Source: Mizuhopecten yessoensis
Lineage: Eukaryota
Reading direction: 5' to 3'
DNA: 64,000 nt
Assembly (NCBI RefSeq): GCF_002113885.1
Contig: NW_018408567.1
Span: forward strand, 1,005,537-1,069,536
This document shows, in pieces, positions 60,118 to 64,000 of this stretch (within the stretch, counting starts at the first letter, position 1; every line of letters begins with the position of its first letter). Below the pieces are notes generated by a model. It did no database searches. It had not been told where the DNA came from and was given only the letters and a program-made list of their open reading frames with translations. The translations under genes and the position numbers were made by a program.

Positions 60118-61542
60118 TATGACCAGTAGCATGCTTGCATTGGTCGAGGATAAGTGTATAAAACTGACATTGACTGACTAACAATTACGGTCATGGGTGT
60201 CGAATGTGTTGAAATCTTTATACAACCAACCAAGAGACCCGGACAAAATTATTAAAAAAATACGACTTTGTTATTACCAGTTTGTTTAAGTAAATAACAT
60301 TGATTTTAGATTCAAGGTCATTTAGAAAAGACGTGTTAAAATAGCTTCTTCTAAAGTTCCAAATGTAAATTCCTAGGATCACAGGGACCTGTAAATCTGT
60401 TACAGTTATATTTGAACAAAAACTTGAGAGTAGATTAGTTTATGTCCCAATATAGCTGTAACAAATTCTCAGGTCCCTGTGGATTTAGAGCCAGATATAT
60501 TAAAATCTTAAAAAATCAACATTTGAAATTGTAAAGGATATCGTTGCATTCCTCAGGACTCCGGTCCACATCTGTCTTCTCCCGACCATCTTCGGATGGT
60601 TTTGAGTGACGATCACCTTCTGTATTCCACATTGCCCATGTTCATGGCAGTTAGTCCGATATAATTTAATATCTCCTCAAAACAAAACAAAATAAACGGG
60701 GCAAAGATATTAACAGCTATGTTGAGGGACGAGAGACCGAAAAAGGACCATTCGCTCTTACTAGGGCTGGTGGGCCGTCACGCGAAGAACTCAAAACACA
60801 GCTTACCGACGACAGTCATGATTGAACATGATCTGAGATATTCTCAAGCCTCACAATTTGCGATGTCATTATTTACTATGCCGTTTCTCTTGAGATCTTT
60901 TATGTTCCTAAAATCTAATCCCGAAGGTTTTTTAAAACCTGTTTCATAGACGTATACACCCATACACTGGCACATCCTATCTGTTTTCTGTTTGTGCTAT
61001 GTGGATAGCCTGACAAGGTCTTATTATATCTGTGGTGTCCCATGCTTTCCAAACACCCTATCCACGACCTCTACAAGGCTTTTGACATATGTATGATCAT
61101 TATGGGACCTTTCTTCCTCTCACGATCAGTTGTTTTCCCCCAGTGTTTTCTGTTTCTTTCACTTTTCCCTGTTCAATGTCTACGAAAACCAATGGTGATA
61201 TCCATATTTCGTTATAAGTGTCCCTCGAGAGATCTTATTCTGCGTAGCAAATCATTTATGGGAGTGTATGCTTACATTGCTAGACTTATTTTACTATGCC
61301 CTATAGAAGCAATCTCCTGTATTCTGGGAACACCTTTTAGTCTGATTATTTAACAAGTAAAAATTTTACTTGCTAAAAAAAGGCCCTTAAACGATTATCT
61401 GAGGACAACAGGGTATAATATGTTCCGTCGGACTAAAATTCTCAAGAAGTTTTTTGTATTTATTTCCGTTCTTATGATTGATACGGACCTACGGATATTT
61501 AATCATAAAAAAGCGAAAATAATGAAAATATATGATAAAAGA

Positions 61543-61606
61543 AATCCTCGATACTCCAGGGGTGTAGAGAGCGAAAGTGATTATAACCCCTGGATATCGA
61601 GGATGC
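61543..61606. mobile_element. Collapsed 64-bp remnant of the CATCCTCGATA MITE
   Basis: ATCCTCGATACTCCAGGGGT...ACCCCTGGATATCGAGGATG. Confidence 0.7.
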
Positions 61607-62100
61607 ATACCTGTATGCTTCGCCACTGTTAATTCTTCAATGACGTATATAGCACCCACCCGGCAGATTTCTCTCAGCACGCTATTCTTTATTTACAAGA
61701 CGTTAGTGTGAGTAAGGGGACGTACTGGACCGTGCAGGTTTTCATTTTTCTGTAAAGTAGCTCCGTACAAAATGTACGCTGTGCCTCACCCTTTGTGATA
61801 ATTAAAATTGACAAGGCCGCAAAATGGGCCAGTCCACTAGCTGTTTCTTCATATGTGAATTTGTCTTGTCCGTCTCATCCGCAGTGTTCGGTCAGGTAGT
61901 CTTAAATGTAGTCGGTCTAGTAAGATAGGGGATTCCCATGATAGAAGGTCATTGGGCAATCAATGAGACAGCGTCATGCTGCGGCAAGATTGGTGTCTAA
62001 TCTTTTTTTCGCTGAATTTTATTGTCCTGTTCAAGTATTTTTAGTCTTCATTTTATTACGGTCTTATTTACATGTGATAGTGTGACGTCATATACTGTTT

Positions 62101-62438
62101 ATCCTCGATACTCCAAGGGTAACGCTCACTTTCGCTCTCTGCACCCCTGGAATATGTCATGACAAAATCGAAGCCTAAGTGTGCACCACCTTTTGGATGA
62201 GACAAGAAGAGCAGTTTTATCCTTTGATGTACTTCAAAAGAATCTCGCGGTCGCGTAACGGTGAAATTGGCTGGCTTTGAGGTCGGGTACGTGTCGCTCA
62301 TCTGTAATCTTGAAAAGACAGATACCAGCCTTGCGATTGGTGATGTTTTTTTCCACCTGAGATCAATCAAATAGCTTGCCTGGTGCCTTCACTTTTACTA
62401 TGACATATCCCAGGGATGCAGAGAGCGAAAGTGAGCGT
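62101..62438. mobile_element. CATCCTCGATA MITE with truncated right TIR
   Basis: The left TIR is intact, the interior is the reverse complement of 59766-60117, and the right TIR stops at GAGCGAAAGTGAGCGT. Confidence 0.8.
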
Positions 62439-64000
62439 GGTATATGTGTTTTGTCTGCGTGTTTCTTTGTCTTTCTTAAAACCATATAATTTAGCTATTA
62501 TTTTGCCTTTGTATATAGCATTTCTATATTTCGATAAAGGATCCTCCCCCCCCCCCCCCCCCCCCCCCCTTTCAAAAATAGAAATGACAAATATGAAGTT
62601 GTCAGTGGATATATATACACGATACTTGTTTAAATACACGATGCATCTGAATATCTGCACCAGCAAGTGCACAATCTAGCTGTATTGCAGAGTGTGCAGG
62701 AAGCCGTGAACGGAAAAACCGATGAGATCAAGGCGAGAACTAGATACCAGCACAGACAATACCAGACCCAGCGGGACTATATATTTTGACCTCTCTGTGT
62801 GTTATAAACTGTAAGTATATAAACGTAATCAATGGCGGGCTGTATACAATTACACACCCATGTGGGTTTCAGTAACATTTAATTTAAACTTTGTTTTCAT
62901 ACAATCTAGTTATAAACTATACACGCACTCTGCTGGTACACAACTTGTTACGCCATGCCACTGTATTTAAGTTATCGATTGGCTGGGTTATTTTTAGCGT
63001 ACGAGTGTATACTATTTTAGTCGTTCAGCATTAGCTCTGAGGAGCTAAAGAGCTATGGCGGAAATCTGCCCATATTTCCCTAAGTCGGCATTTATGAAAA
63101 CTGAAAACAATCTTAATGAATAAATAATTTCTAGCAGCGAAAATGCATAGAATAGATATAAAACCAATTGAATATGATTTTTTGAACTGCTGATATATTA
63201 GGTATTGTTAATATGATACAGCAAATATAGCCATATTCACTATATCTATGAAAGTGACGGGGTTTCCCAGACTTAAAAAACCGGTATCAACACTTTCCCA
63301 TCCGAGGACCAACTTTTGAATAAAAAAAATATATTCCGTGATGTTATATGCAAAAACAAATCGTATTCCGGAAAAGTGGTCCTCCCTTGGAAAAGTGCTC
63401 AAAAGAATGAAAAACAGTGGTGAGTGAGTTTCTTAAACTGCGACAGGTGTTTCTTGGGTTAAAACAGTTTGTATTCCCATCTTCGTCTATGTCGGATGTA
63501 GCCGAATATGTAACGCAGTTGACTTGTGACCAGACGAAATGGACGTTGCAAGTTCGAATCCACGTTTAGGTGTTGTTGTTTTTTGAATAATCAAGCATGA
63601 GATCTTTTTCCTTCATTCAGTTATACAATATTTTTAAAACCAATGGAACATTTTATTTAATTTTAATAATATACCTATTGATTTATCTTCTATGCAATCA
63701 TGTCAACAACTCATTGTACACGTGTACAGGACAGCTACGCTTTGTAGATAAGACATCATTTTAAATGATATTTATGAATTGTTTTACCCTCCAATTGACA
63801 CGAGTGATTTTATCTATCTAATTTAACCAAACAAATGATGCTAAAATACCAAATAAATGTGGGATTGTTGCGTCAGAATAAAAAAAGGCCAAGCCAATAA
63901 AAATGAACTGTTATTATCGCAAATAACTACCGAAAATACGGAAAAATTCATCGTTGCGGACAGTCTCATTTGTTTGAAATGCAGGAAGACTGTAGCAAAC

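Overview
AT-rich animal genomic DNA with spliceosomal introns. A bivalve mollusc is likely, inferred from the repeat families. I reconstructed four protein-coding genes by hand, all with GT-AG introns and consistent phases, arranged as two head-to-head pairs. The first pair is RPL5 (-, 8 coding exons, 297 aa) and a 29-exon, ~1577-aa coiled-coil gene resembling CCDC18 (+). The second is DDX39/UAP56 (-, 9 coding exons, 428 aa) and BBLN/C9orf16-like (+, 2 exons, 120 aa). The main unexpected signal is that both housekeeping host genes carry tandem arrays of box C/D snoRNA genes inside a single intron. RPL5 has six SNORD10/mgU6-77-like copies in intron 5 plus one in intron 6. One DDX39 intron has eight near-invariant copies of a 68-nt snoRNA with an 18S Gm1328-type guide and an orphan second guide. 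This departs from the usual vertebrate one-snoRNA-per-intron arrangement. Other signals are minisatellites seeded from exon/5'-splice-site junctions in the CCDC18-like gene, a GC-rich structured island (possible poison exon) in a DDX39 intron, a three-tier nested transposon with 9-bp TSDs, and several MITE, Helitron-like and SINE families. Most short ORFs in the supplied track are exon fragments or repeat artefacts.
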